DNA of 34,505 nucleotides from a virus (lineage: Duplodnaviria; Caudoviricetes), in IMG/VR virus record IMGVR_UViG_3300030330_002979, positions 1-34,505 of that record. One strand, written 5' to 3'. Below, piece by piece: positions 1-9,888 of this stretch (position 1 is its first letter; the number at the start of each line of letters is the position of its first letter). The notes beneath the pieces were generated by a model that saw only the letters and a list, made by a program, of their open reading frames with translations, was not told the origin of the DNA and did not search any database. A program made the translations under genes and the position numbers.

Positions 1-183
1 ACTAAAGGTGATTCAAAGAAACCTCGCTCTAAAAGAGGTAGATATTTACCCAAAGCAGTTAGAGCATCTTTAACTAAATCACAGAAAGCATATACCAACA
101 GACAAAAAAGAAAAGCAAACAGAAGAGGCAAGCAGAGAGCTAAATATAGCAGAAATGTAGCCAGAAAAGTAAGGAGAGCGTAA
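1..183 (+). CDS. 3' part of basic protein (second copy of 34225-34470)
   Basis: Frame 1 reads TKGDSKKPRSKRGRYLPKAVRAS...RKVRRA*, the same as the C-terminal part of 34225-34470 except one N/S change. Confidence 0.85.
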   Translation, partial: TKGDSKKPRSKRGRYLPKAVRASLTKSQKAYTNRQKRKANRRGKQRAKYSRNVARKVRRA

Positions 184-218
184 TGCCAAAGGGTGTAGGA
201 ACATATGGGTCTAAGCGT
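1..218. repeat. Left copy of terminal direct repeat (circular/terminally redundant genome)
   Basis: 1-218 aligns without gaps to 34288-34505; mismatches at 42, 45, 51, 84, 135, 155. Confidence 0.97.
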
Positions 219-275
219 GGTAGACCACCAAAGAAAAAGAAAAAATCCATGTTTAAGAAAAAAAAGAAAAAGTAA
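183..275 (+). CDS. 30-aa lysine-rich peptide with AT-hook-like RGRP motif
   Basis: Not in ORF track. Reads MPKGVGTYGSKRGRPPKKKKKSMFKKKKKK*; TAATG stop/start overlaps at both ends (181-185, 273-277). Confidence 0.8.
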   Translation: MPKGVGTYGSKRGRPPKKKKKSMFKKKKKK

Positions 276-652
276 TGTATAGGTTCGGTAAAAGGTCAAG
301 AGAAAGATTAAAAGGCGTCAAGCCTGAATTAGTCAATGTCCTAAACGAACTTATCAAAATAATGGATGTAACCATTATCGAAGGGGTAAGGTCGCAAGAA
401 AGACAAAACGAATTAGTAGCACAGGGTGCAAGTAAAACAAAATATTCAAAACACATTACAGGGGATGCAGTTGACCTTGCCCCTTACCCTATTGATTGGA
501 ATGATAGAGATACATTTCATTATATGTGTGGCATGATAAGAGGTATTGCACAACAAATGAAAGTACCAGTTAGGGTTGGTTGTGATTGGGATAGTGATGG
601 GCAAACAAAAGACAATAACTTTGATGATTTAGTCCATGTTGAACTTGTATAG
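275..652 (+). CDS. Endolysin, M15 family L-alanyl-D-glutamate peptidase (T5 Lys-like)
   Basis: EGVRSQERQ, SKHITGDAVD (SxHxxGxAxD) and DLVHVEL zinc-peptidase motifs. Confidence 0.9.
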   Translation: MYRFGKRSRERLKGVKPELVNVLNELIKIMDVTIIEGVRSQERQNELVAQGASKTKYSKHITGDAVDLAPYPIDWNDRDTFHYMCGMIRGIAQQMKVPVRVGCDWDSDGQTKDNNFDDLVHVELV

Positions 653-675
653 CACCACTAATATAAAGTAAATTA
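650..675 (+). promoter_or_regulatory. Candidate late promoter TWGCA-N14-TAAATTA
   Basis: TAGCA CCACTAATATAAAG TAAATTA just before the AGGAG RBS of 684; same pattern at 21676 and on both strands at 25763-25814. Confidence 0.5.
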
Positions 676-683
676 GGAGAACC

Positions 684-1868
684 ATGGTTTATTGTACACA
701 TAGAGATTTAAAGGATGTATTCCCATCAATAGATGAGTTTGATAGCAAAGAAGCCCTTTATGGATGGGTAGAGTTATTTTCGCATGGTGGATACAAGTTA
801 TATGAGTCTTTTAACACAGGACTTGTAACTGTACTATTCCAAAATGGAGAAGACTTAACTCCATATAAAAAAGTAGAAAATTATTCTGATTCAACCGCAA
901 ATACAGCAGAAGCAGTAGATATTATAGAAACTGCAATAGATGTATCAGATAGTAGTGCATTTGGGTATGGAGATATTATTAAGATTGATGATGAAAAGAT
1001 GCTTATTACCAATATATCCTCCAATACAATTACAGTTAAGCGAGGATTTTTAGGCACAACTACTGCAACACATAATACAGCAACAGATGTTTATATTGGA
1101 GTAGAATGGTCAGAAGCTAAACAATGGCTATTTAGTGAAGGTAATGATTCTGTACTTATATATGAATTAAATGCTACTAATCCTAATGACCATTTATTAG
1201 AATCTGGTGATGATTGGTCAACAATTATTACTAGATATATATCTAATGCAACAAAGTATTTAGATTCAAGATTAGATGGTAAACTACCTAGAAAACAATT
1301 TAAAGACCAAGATGGTAATTATGACTACATGATTGTTAGAACTACCGCACTAATAGCTTGTAGTTTTTTAATTCGTGCATCACAACCTACATCTGAAATA
1401 GCAGATGCATTATTTAATGAGGTAGAGCAAAATATAACTGCTTTAAATACTGGAAGTGCGAAGCTATCTTGGCAAACAAGTGGAGACTCTTCTAAAGGAG
1501 TTATCAGAGAAGGTACAGTTAATGGTAATCTTAGAATAGTAGATACTAGAGGTAATTACTATGGTGTCTACGATAAGATAGGTGTAAAGGTAACTACTGC
1601 TGGAGCTATAGGTACTGCTAGATATTCTGTATGGCAATCTGATTCAGATAGTTTAGGTGCAGAAAGAATGAATCGTGGAGATGCTGAAACACATTCAGAT
1701 ATTATAAGTGGTGACTATCAGCAATTAAGTCGTGGACTTGAAATACGATTTGCAGGAGATACTGGTGACCTATCTACATTAAACGATTACTGGGAAATAG
1801 AAGTACATGGTAAATTTGAGCATACAGATAATGGTATGCCAATGTCTATTAGGATGTCTCGTAGATGA
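684..1868 (+). CDS. Head-tail adaptor/neck protein with inserted beta domain
   Basis: N-terminal YCTxxDL and central ISNATKYLDSRL resemble head-tail connectors; insert GDIIKIDDEKMLITNISSNTITVKRG; first gene of the tail block. Confidence 0.55.
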   Translation: MVYCTHRDLKDVFPSIDEFDSKEALYGWVELFSHGGYKLYESFNTGLVTVLFQNGEDLTPYKKVENYSDSTANTAEAVDIIETAIDVSDSSAFGYGDIIKIDDEKMLITNISSNTITVKRGFLGTTTATHNTATDVYIGVEWSEAKQWLFSEGNDSVLIYELNATNPNDHLLESGDDWSTIITRYISNATKYLDSRLDGKLPRKQFKDQDGNYDYMIVRTTALIACSFLIRASQPTSEIADALFNEVEQNITALNTGSAKLSWQTSGDSSKGVIREGTVNGNLRIVDTRGNYYGVYDKIGVKVTTAGAIGTARYSVWQSDSDSLGAERMNRGDAETHSDIISGDYQQLSRGLEIRFAGDTGDLSTLNDYWEIEVHGKFEHTDNGMPMSIRMSRR

Positions 1869-2296
1869 TATCATTTGTAAATATATGGGAAACAAAAATA
1901 TTAGATACCATAAGAACTTTTTTAAATAATGAGTTTGCTGGTACTATCCCTATATATACAGGTGATTTTAAAGACATGGGTAACCAGTCAATAAGACTTA
2001 ACCCTGTAGGTAGCGATTTGATTGAGCGTATGGCTACAGGTGAAACAAGGGAATATATACTTGATGTATCATATACCTTTAAAGAAAAGACAGTCAAAAA
2101 AGATACTTGGGAACATATACTTCGCCAAGTATCGCACATAGAAGCTCTATTCTTTCAAAATATGAATAATACATTTTTTGATGGTAGATTTACAACTGCT
2201 CGAATCAATGAGTTAGAAGAAGATGAAGAATTGATTGAGGGTTTAAATGTTGTCAGATGGGAATGGAGAGGTAAATATTTAGGTAACATATCATAA
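1865..2296 (+). CDS. Probable tail completion/terminator protein
   Basis: 143 aa, between neck and tail tube genes, ATGA overlap; assignment mostly by position. Confidence 0.45.
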   Translation: MISFVNIWETKILDTIRTFLNNEFAGTIPIYTGDFKDMGNQSIRLNPVGSDLIERMATGETREYILDVSYTFKEKTVKKDTWEHILRQVSHIEALFFQNMNNTFFDGRFTTARINELEEDEELIEGLNVVRWEWRGKYLGNIS

Positions 2297-2314
2297 AGTA
2301 ATAAGGAATACGAT

Positions 2315-2485
2315 ATGAAAATACAACTCATAGATAAAGGCTCTAGTCTTCCAAATTGTTGGAAGCAATGTGGAGCATCATTTGAAGATTGGGAAGAGCT
2401 AAAAGCTGGTAAAGAAATATCAGTTAAAAGCGTTTCTGATTCAATTAAAAATTTTGTAAAAGAAAAGAAAAAGGAGGGTAAATAA
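2315..2485 (+). CDS. Hypothetical 56-aa protein
   Basis: Not in ORF track. MKIQLIDKGSSLPNCWKQCG...KKKEGK*; AAGGA RBS; TAATG overlap with tail tube start. Confidence 0.75.
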   Translation: MKIQLIDKGSSLPNCWKQCGASFEDWEELKAGKEISVKSVSDSIKNFVKEKKKEGK

Positions 2486-3486
2486 TGTCAGCAGTTAATC
2501 ACGCATTTTCACCAAAAGAGTTTCAAGTATGGATAATAGCAGAAGGAACTGTTGGTACATCAGGTATTCACGCTAGTAATATGTATCAGTTAGATGTTGA
2601 CTCTGCTAGTATGCCATCACTTAATGTTAATCAAGTATTAGATGTTAGAAGTGGTGTTGGTAGAACATTAAAGGATGAAGATTTCTTTCAAGATAATACA
2701 CTAAGAGTTACTGAATTATCAATATCAGGTAATATGCATTTAGATGCTGGTCATCAATTACTACTACAAAATGTATGTAATGATGTTTCAGGTGATGTAT
2801 CAGTAGCTACTGGTTTTACACCTGTATCTCAATTGTATGGAGCTTCTGCTCCTAATGTTGCATCTTCATTAACAGTAGTAATTAAATCATCAGACCACAC
2901 TAATCAGCGTTCTTTAGAAATCCCAGGGATGGTTGTAACAAACTTTGCACTATCTGCTGATGCTGGAGAAGAAGGTGGTAGGTATAAGTTTTCTGCTACA
3001 TTACAGTCAGGTGTTAAACCAGATTTAAATGAATCTAGTACAGTAGCTGGTAGTAATGTATATGCAAATACTACAAATGTATTTATGTCTTCTGCTAGTG
3101 GACTTAAAGTATATAATGAAAGTGTAGTTATGCAGTCTTTTACTGCTACCATAGATAGTCCAGCAGTATTTAGTGGAGTTACCTCTACAGGTTACGAACT
3201 TGTAACTAGAGGTGCAGAAACAGCAGTAACAGTCGATACTCAGGTTAAATATGATGGTAATACAAAAGGATTTATTAATACTTTTGATACACAAACTGCT
3301 CCTAGAACTGGTAGTAATGCAAATGTATTTGTAATGACAAATAATAATGCTTATGGTATTGATGTACAGAATGGTGTATTTACTAATGTTGCATATGCAG
3401 AAGCTGATATAATGATGTTAGACTGCTCTATTAAAGCAGTTGATGATGGAACAGACCCATTAATCACTTTTGACATTACATCATAA
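2485..3486 (+). CDS. Major tail tube protein
   Basis: 333 aa, beta-rich S/T/V/N composition, strong RBS (AAGGAGGG), immediately before chaperone pair and tape measure. Confidence 0.75.
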   Translation: MSAVNHAFSPKEFQVWIIAEGTVGTSGIHASNMYQLDVDSASMPSLNVNQVLDVRSGVGRTLKDEDFFQDNTLRVTELSISGNMHLDAGHQLLLQNVCNDVSGDVSVATGFTPVSQLYGASAPNVASSLTVVIKSSDHTNQRSLEIPGMVVTNFALSADAGEEGGRYKFSATLQSGVKPDLNESSTVAGSNVYANTTNVFMSSASGLKVYNESVVMQSFTATIDSPAVFSGVTSTGYELVTRGAETAVTVDTQVKYDGNTKGFINTFDTQTAPRTGSNANVFVMTNNNAYGIDVQNGVFTNVAYAEADIMMLDCSIKAVDDGTDPLITFDITS

Positions 3487-3749
3487 TGAAGAGTATTAAA
3501 CTATCTACTGATAAGGAAGTTAAAATAAAAGAAATGTCAGTAGATGATATAGACTTCTGCAATGATGTACCTGAAATGAAATATGATGGTGATAATCTAG
3601 TAGCAATAAAATACTTATCTAAAGCTAGAACCGCATGGATTCGTAGGGGTGTTGATGGGGCAGATGATAATTTCATTAAATCTTTAACCGATGATGAAAA
3701 AAATGAATTGTCAGTTGCTATACAGGACTATCAACGCTTGGGGGAATAG
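3486..3749 (+). CDS. Tail assembly chaperone (gpG-like)
   Basis: Between tail tube and tape measure; ends TTG GGG GAA TAG. Confidence 0.75.
   Translation: MKSIKLSTDKEVKIKEMSVDDIDFCNDVPEMKYDGDNLVAIKYLSKARTAWIRRGVDGADDNFIKSLTDDEKNELSVAIQDYQRLGE
3740..3746 (+). other. Programmed -1 frameshift slippery site GGGGGAA
   Basis: The -1 frame from 3740 is open (GGIETLTLEYNIHVTNQCGGC) and continuous with ORF 3803-4186. Confidence 0.75.
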
Positions 3750-3802
3750 AAACCCTCACATTAGAGTACAACATTCATGTAACCAATCAATGTGGGGGTT
3801 GT

Positions 3803-4186
3803 ATGTATCATACATACCCTTATAAGGCTCAAATTCCTATCTTAATCGATGGAAAATATGAAACTCGTATGTTTACATCAAATGAAGATGTCGAGGAGAT
3901 TATGGAGCTTTTAGTTGATGAAGTTAAAGAAAACAATGCAAAGGGTAGTAGTTTTAATATAGCTGAATCTGTAGTGAAACAGCTACCCTTTTTTGCTTGT
4001 CCTAATGTCCTTTTAAATTCACAAGCACAAAAAGATATTTCAAGATATGTATATTCTCAACAATTTGGCATAAGTCCATATAAAGGTACATATGGGGAGC
4101 AACCACAAAAATGGGTAGAAAAAAGTTTTTTAATAAAAAGTATAATAGAGCGTAAGAAATCAGAGGCTATGAACAATGGCAAATAA
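3803..4186 (+). CDS. Tail assembly chaperone gpT part (C-terminal part of G-T fusion)
   Basis: In the -1 frame relative to the upstream chaperone; directly precedes tape measure. Confidence 0.7.
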   Translation: MYHTYPYKAQIPILIDGKYETRMFTSNEDVEEIMELLVDEVKENNAKGSSFNIAESVVKQLPFFACPNVLLNSQAQKDISRYVYSQQFGISPYKGTYGEQPQKWVEKSFLIKSIIERKKSEAMNNGK

Positions 4187-5930
4187 AGCACAACAAACAG
4201 TAACAATTAAATTTCAACCTCAAGGTGAAACACCGCTAATTAATGCAATCAAAGCATTAGATAAGGCATCTAAGTCACTTACCAGTACTCAAGGTAAATT
4301 AGCAAAAGAAACAACTAGAACTACTAGAACGCAGAAAAATTATAACAAAGAAGCAAAAAAAGCTGAACATAGGACTAGAATACTTGGTGGAACATTTGCA
4401 GTACTAAGGTCTAAAATGCTTTTATTTAATTTTGCAATGGGTTTAGGTATTAGGCAGGTAGCAAAATTTGCAGTACAAAGTGCAAAAGTAGAATCTATGA
4501 ATAGGGCTTTTAATACCTTATCTGGAGGAACAGAAGATTCTTCAATAGCTTTTGAAAAATTAAGAGAAGCTACTGATGGTACAATGTCTGAGTTTGATTT
4601 ATTTCAACAAGCCAACAATGCTATGATACTTGGAGTAAGTAAAAATTCTGATGAAATGGCTGAAATGTTTGACATTGCTCAAAGACTTGGTAGGGCATTA
4701 GGTAAAGATACAGCATCGTCTGTTGAATCACTTGTTACTGGTATAGGTAGACAATCTCGATTGATGTTAGATAATATTGGTATTATTGTTAAATCTGATG
4801 AGGCATATGAATCTTATGCGAATAAATTAAATAAATCAGTTAGTAGTCTTACTGATGCTGAGAAAAAACAAGCATTTTTACAAGCTACAATGGAATCTGC
4901 TAGAGCTAAAGCAGATTCTTTAGGAGAAGAAACAGATTCTACGCAAGACTCATTTGATAGATTATCTGCATCTACAGCAAATTTAGCAACTTTTATAGGT
5001 GAAAAATTAAATCCAGTTACAACAACCCTTGCTGATAACTTATCAGCAATAGCAGATGCTGTTAGTGGAGCTAATAATGAAGAACAAACAAGAGAAGAAA
5101 AATTAGCTGAAAAACTATCTATGAGAGCTAGTTTACAAGATAATATATTGAATTTAGAAAAACAAAAAGCAATAATATTAAAAAATACTTCAGGTCGGTC
5201 AACACAGTTACAAGACGAAGAGATAGAAAGAACTAAAACTGCTATTCAGAACATAGATATGGAGCTAGGTTTATTTAATGATTTAATATTTGCAAAACAA
5301 AAATTAAATGAACATGGATTAATTGAATCAGGCATTCAAAATACAGTAACAAATAATCTACTACAACAAGCAGAAGTTGTTCCTGAATTAGCAAGTAATA
5401 TTGCTATGACAGCACAAAATTATAGTTTTTTAAGTGGAAAGCAATTATCTGTACTTAAAGGAACAGAATTATTATCTAATGCATTTGCTCAAGCAACATT
5501 GCATGGACAAAATTTTGGAGATGCTGTAGTTAATAGTTTGAAATCAATAGCATCACAATTAATTGCAAAAGCAGGTACATATGCTTTAATGAACTTGTTT
5601 GCTCCTAGTGTTTCACTAGGTTCATTTGCAAAATTTTTATTTGCACATACAGGTGGATATATTAAAGATGATAAGACAATACAAAGATTTGCTACAGGTG
5701 GTGTAGTGCAAGGTGAAGATAATGTACCTATTATGGCACAGGCTGGTGAATTTGTAATGTCTCGTAACGCAGTAGAGTCTATAGGAGTAGAAAATCTTGC
5801 ACAAATGAATAAAACAGGCAACTCTGGAGTTACTATAAATGTACAGGGTAATTTTATAGGTGAAGAAAATTATGTTAGAGATAATATTATACCAGCAATA
5901 GAAAAAGCACAAGGTCTTAATTTAGCATGA
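4176..5930 (+). CDS. Tail tape measure protein
   Basis: 584 aa helical, A/S/L/K-rich; C-terminal FAHTGG...FATGGVVQGEDNVPIMAQAGEFVM is typical of tape measure C-termini. Confidence 0.9.
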   Translation: MANKAQQTVTIKFQPQGETPLINAIKALDKASKSLTSTQGKLAKETTRTTRTQKNYNKEAKKAEHRTRILGGTFAVLRSKMLLFNFAMGLGIRQVAKFAVQSAKVESMNRAFNTLSGGTEDSSIAFEKLREATDGTMSEFDLFQQANNAMILGVSKNSDEMAEMFDIAQRLGRALGKDTASSVESLVTGIGRQSRLMLDNIGIIVKSDEAYESYANKLNKSVSSLTDAEKKQAFLQATMESARAKADSLGEETDSTQDSFDRLSASTANLATFIGEKLNPVTTTLADNLSAIADAVSGANNEEQTREEKLAEKLSMRASLQDNILNLEKQKAIILKNTSGRSTQLQDEEIERTKTAIQNIDMELGLFNDLIFAKQKLNEHGLIESGIQNTVTNNLLQQAEVVPELASNIAMTAQNYSFLSGKQLSVLKGTELLSNAFAQATLHGQNFGDAVVNSLKSIASQLIAKAGTYALMNLFAPSVSLGSFAKFLFAHTGGYIKDDKTIQRFATGGVVQGEDNVPIMAQAGEFVMSRNAVESIGVENLAQMNKTGNSGVTINVQGNFIGEENYVRDNIIPAIEKAQGLNLA

Positions 5931-8851
5931 GTTTAAGTGTATCAAGCGATAGTGTAAATTCTAATTTATCTGAAAACTGGTTATTTCAATTATATAATCA
6001 AGATTCTTATTTACAATTTGATGGAGTAGATGATTATATTGATTGCGGAGTAACTAGTTCTGAATTACAAAATGTTACATCTGATGTTACAATATCATTT
6101 TGGGTTAATTTCCCTAGTAGTTCATCAGGTAGTAATGTTTATTTATTTCAAAGCAATACTATCGATGATTACTGGACTGGGTTTTTTGTATATAAAGATT
6201 CAGCTGATAAAATATCTTTACTTGTATCTGATGGAGCAAATAATTCTAATTATCAAAGAACTCGTACTGGAGCAATATCTTTTGATACATGGTATCATAT
6301 TGTTATTACAAGTGATTTAAGTGTAAATAATGATGAAAATAATACAAAAATTTATTTTAATAATGTAGAGCAGTCTTGTGATTCAGTAAATAGTGGAACT
6401 CCAACAATAGGTTATTCTGCTACAGGTAAAACAACATTTGGCAAATTATTAAAACCAGACCCAGATGCATTTTATACTTTTAATATTAAAGATTTTGCTA
6501 TTTGGAATACTAAGTTAGGTAGTAATAGTCGAACTTCAATTTATAATAGTGGTAATTTTTTAAATTTATCTAATAATTACAGTAATTATACTAAATCTAG
6601 TAATTTAATAAGTTATTTTCAATTTAATAATGGTGAAAATTATATTAAAGATGAAATTGGAAATGCTTTAGACGGAACTATTTATGGAACAACATATAAA
6701 GATTATTTACCTATATCATTTAAAGATACAGTAGTAGATGATGTTTTTTATCATGGGGTTATTACAAATAATCCATCAATTAGAACATCAATAGATTTAA
6801 TAAAAAGCACATCACAAACTGGTGAAATTAGTCTAAATGTTGCAAATTTTAATTATAAAGGCAATGATTTTAGTTATGAACTATATGGTACTAGAAAGTA
6901 TTTACATAAAACAGTAAAAGTATATTCACAATTAAATAATTCTTCTAGTTTATTACAGATATATCATGGTGATTTAAGAGATATTAAACATAATGATAGC
7001 TCTATTCAGCTTAATATTACTGAAAAAAGAGAATGGGAAAAAATAGATATACCTAAAGTTAGATATGAAAAATTAGATATATATCAACCTATTGTATATG
7101 GTGAATTTACCCCAGCTTCATTAAGAGGTACAGGTAGTGGTGATGTAAATACTAATGATGGAGCTTTTGGCACAGTTTATCCAGTTGATGTTTTATCAGC
7201 TACAAAACATTCTTTTACAACATTAATGGCTAGGTCATATACTCAAAGTGATAATGCTTATATACATTATCCTGTTGGATTAGGATTTTATATACCATTA
7301 TCAGGATGGGTAGATTTTAATGGTACAACTCCAGATGGAGATACTGCATCCACTACAGATGTGCAAGATAATGTAAATACATTAACAACACCTACAATAT
7401 ATAAAGCATCTGGGTTTTTTGTGCCACAACCTTCTGAATTTAATCCTAATACTGTAACATTATTTACAGATAAAGATAATGCATTTAAAGTACCAAAAAC
7501 ATTTGAAACTACAGGATTTTTTGATACATCTAATTATGCTAAAGTAGATATTAGTAGTCAAACTATTGACCCATTTTTAATAGTAAAAACTTTAGATAGA
7601 AAATTTTTTGCTAGTCTAGCATATAAAGTAATTATGAGACTTGGTATTTATCCAGATAATACTGCAAATACACAAAATCAAGTATATAATTTTGATTTAT
7701 TTTCTAATTATCCAGATTTAGATACAATAAAAGATTTAAATAGTCAAGTATTAACTAATTTATATAGTGGTAGTTCAACAGGCTCTGAAATAACTATTAC
7801 TGCTGATACAGCACCAAATAATGGGTATGATACTGGAGATAGTGATGCTAATTTACCTAGTTCATTTTCTGGTAAAACTACTGCATTAGTTGCTCCAGAT
7901 GAATTATTTATAAAATTTGACCCTATTACTGCTGTTCCTGACTATGTATATACAGACCATGAGCTTAGATTGTTTGGTGTTAAAATTTATGCTGAAGTAG
8001 GATTTAGGCATGAAGAAGATGAAGATAGTTTGCAAGATATTGATAGGTTTTATTGTGGTGGTAATGGATTATTAGCATCTGGTAATTGGAAAACAGCAGA
8101 TTCTGGGCTTATAAAATATGGACATGAAGCACATAGAGATGCATTAATTAGATTTGCTGGCGTATCTAAAGAAACACCTACTAATTGGTCTAGTGGTACT
8201 GATTTAAATACAAGTAGAAGTGCAACGAATTGGAGAATAAGACATTGGCAAAATAAAAGTATTAAGTTAAAAGATTATCTTGATAAATTGTCAAAAGAAT
8301 TTGGATTTATATATAAACAAAGTGGTAGTGGTAAAGGTTCATATATTTATATAAAAAATTCATACTCTACACCAGACCACACTATTACTAAATCAGATAT
8401 TAGTAATGTTAATATACAAAAAACATTTAATAATGTAATTAGTCAAATAAAATTTAATACAGTTAAAGATGCAAAAACTGATAAATATTTAATTCATACA
8501 ACTGGCATAAATGAAGATAGCAGAAATATATTAGGATTCAATAAAGAAAGAAATCAAATAGAATTAAATCTTGATGCAAATGTAGGTATTATTCCAAATG
8601 AACCTAGTTCTAATCCAAATGATGATTTATATTCATATATAGATAATATACAAGGTTCTCCTAAAATTACAGTATCTTGTAAAGTTGTTTCTCAAAAAAT
8701 TAAAATGTCTATAGAAACAGGAGATATAGTAAAATTTGATGATATGCCAGTAAATCCATTTTCAGAAAATTGGAGTAATATATTTTTTATGGTTACTAAA
8801 GTAGTAAGAAATACAAGAGATTGCTCAATAGAACTTAGAGAGGTAGGCTAA
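5927..8851 (+). CDS. Tail tip/hub protein with N-terminal LamG (concanavalin-like) domain
   Basis: LQFDGVDDY...TISFWV...WYHIVIT...DFAIWN LamG motifs; hub-like C-terminus (IETGDIVKF...FMVTKVVR); follows tape measure. Confidence 0.65.
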   Translation: MSLSVSSDSVNSNLSENWLFQLYNQDSYLQFDGVDDYIDCGVTSSELQNVTSDVTISFWVNFPSSSSGSNVYLFQSNTIDDYWTGFFVYKDSADKISLLVSDGANNSNYQRTRTGAISFDTWYHIVITSDLSVNNDENNTKIYFNNVEQSCDSVNSGTPTIGYSATGKTTFGKLLKPDPDAFYTFNIKDFAIWNTKLGSNSRTSIYNSGNFLNLSNNYSNYTKSSNLISYFQFNNGENYIKDEIGNALDGTIYGTTYKDYLPISFKDTVVDDVFYHGVITNNPSIRTSIDLIKSTSQTGEISLNVANFNYKGNDFSYELYGTRKYLHKTVKVYSQLNNSSSLLQIYHGDLRDIKHNDSSIQLNITEKREWEKIDIPKVRYEKLDIYQPIVYGEFTPASLRGTGSGDVNTNDGAFGTVYPVDVLSATKHSFTTLMARSYTQSDNAYIHYPVGLGFYIPLSGWVDFNGTTPDGDTASTTDVQDNVNTLTTPTIYKASGFFVPQPSEFNPNTVTLFTDKDNAFKVPKTFETTGFFDTSNYAKVDISSQTIDPFLIVKTLDRKFFASLAYKVIMRLGIYPDNTANTQNQVYNFDLFSNYPDLDTIKDLNSQVLTNLYSGSSTGSEITITADTAPNNGYDTGDSDANLPSSFSGKTTALVAPDELFIKFDPITAVPDYVYTDHELRLFGVKIYAEVGFRHEEDEDSLQDIDRFYCGGNGLLASGNWKTADSGLIKYGHEAHRDALIRFAGVSKETPTNWSSGTDLNTSRSATNWRIRHWQNKSIKLKDYLDKLSKEFGFIYKQSGSGKGSYIYIKNSYSTPDHTITKSDISNVNIQKTFNNVISQIKFNTVKDAKTDKYLIHTTGINEDSRNILGFNKERNQIELNLDANVGIIPNEPSSNPNDDLYSYIDNIQGSPKITVSCKVVSQKIKMSIETGDIVKFDDMPVNPFSENWSNIFFMVTKVVRNTRDCSIELREVG

Positions 8852-9888
8852 TGGCAAATTTAAATATAAGAAAACCAAGATTTTATGTAGATAGAATAAA
8901 TTACATATTAAATAGGGGTAGGTCAATTTCCCAATCCTGTGAAATACAAACAACTAATACAGGAAATAATACAGTTGGTTTAAAATCAGGAAGTGAAGTA
9001 GCAGATTTAATTGATATGAGACCACTAAATCAGGCGATATTTGAAACATCAGCAACAGCTACAACTCAAGCAGATACAGTTGTTACTAGGTTTGATTTTG
9101 CATTTGGTAGTTATGTAACTAATTTTGTTGCAATACTTAACCACAATATGACAAGTGCAGACGCTAAATTTAGCATAGGTCATGGAACAGAAGTTCAAGT
9201 AGAAACAATAGGTTTTACAGGCGGAACAGTAGTAACTCCAACTGTAAAATTAAATGGAACAGTTAATTCAAATATAGTTACACCACAATCAGATGGTCAT
9301 ACATTAGTTACATTTACAACATCAGCATCCAATCAACAGAATTGGGGAATACAATTCCAAGGAAGTAATAGTGGTAATTTTGATGGAACAAATGATTTGA
9401 AAATAGGTTGCATAATTATAGGTGAATTATATGATATGCCACATAGTCCTGATTTAAGTGTAAAGCGTAGTATTGAATTTGATAAACAGAATATACAGGA
9501 ATCACTAGGTGGTCAAAGATTTTCTACATTATCTAGCTATGGAAAATCATACATATCAGACCAAAGTAAATCACCATTCCATGATTATACAAGCAATGGA
9601 GCTAGGGGTTTATATGGCGGTAGAATGTCTTATGATATGAAATTTAGCTATTTAAATTCAACAGATATAATGCCTGATGATTATAGTAGTTTTAATGATG
9701 ATTCTGTAGTAGATGATTTATGGAGTGCTACCCATGGTAGTCATATACCATTTATATTTACTCAAGATGGTACAAGTACATCTGAATCTGATTACTTATT
9801 TGCTAGATTTGGGCAGAATAGTTTAAATATGACTCAGGTTGCACCTGATGTATTTGATGTGTCTATGAGGATTGAAGAAGAGTTTTAG
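8851..9888 (+). CDS. Minor tail protein, distal-tail (Dit)-like C-terminal half
   Basis: QESLGGQRF...RMSYDMKFSYL...PFIF...FDVSMRIEE pattern; last gene of tail block. Confidence 0.5.
   Translation: MANLNIRKPRFYVDRINYILNRGRSISQSCEIQTTNTGNNTVGLKSGSEVADLIDMRPLNQAIFETSATATTQADTVVTRFDFAFGSYVTNFVAILNHNMTSADAKFSIGHGTEVQVETIGFTGGTVVTPTVKLNGTVNSNIVTPQSDGHTLVTFTTSASNQQNWGIQFQGSNSGNFDGTNDLKIGCIIIGELYDMPHSPDLSVKRSIEFDKQNIQESLGGQRFSTLSSYGKSYISDQSKSPFHDYTSNGARGLYGGRMSYDMKFSYLNSTDIMPDDYSSFNDDSVVDDLWSATHGSHIPFIFTQDGTSTSESDYLFARFGQNSLNMTQVAPDVFDVSMRIEEEF

Noticed and set aside
253-6320. Minus-strand or nested ORFs 253-456, 1849-2139, 2904-3152, 3025-3294, 3476-3676, 5489-5821, 5637-5912, 6072-6320
   Set aside because: Shadows of well-supported plus-strand genes; no RBS or recognisable motifs
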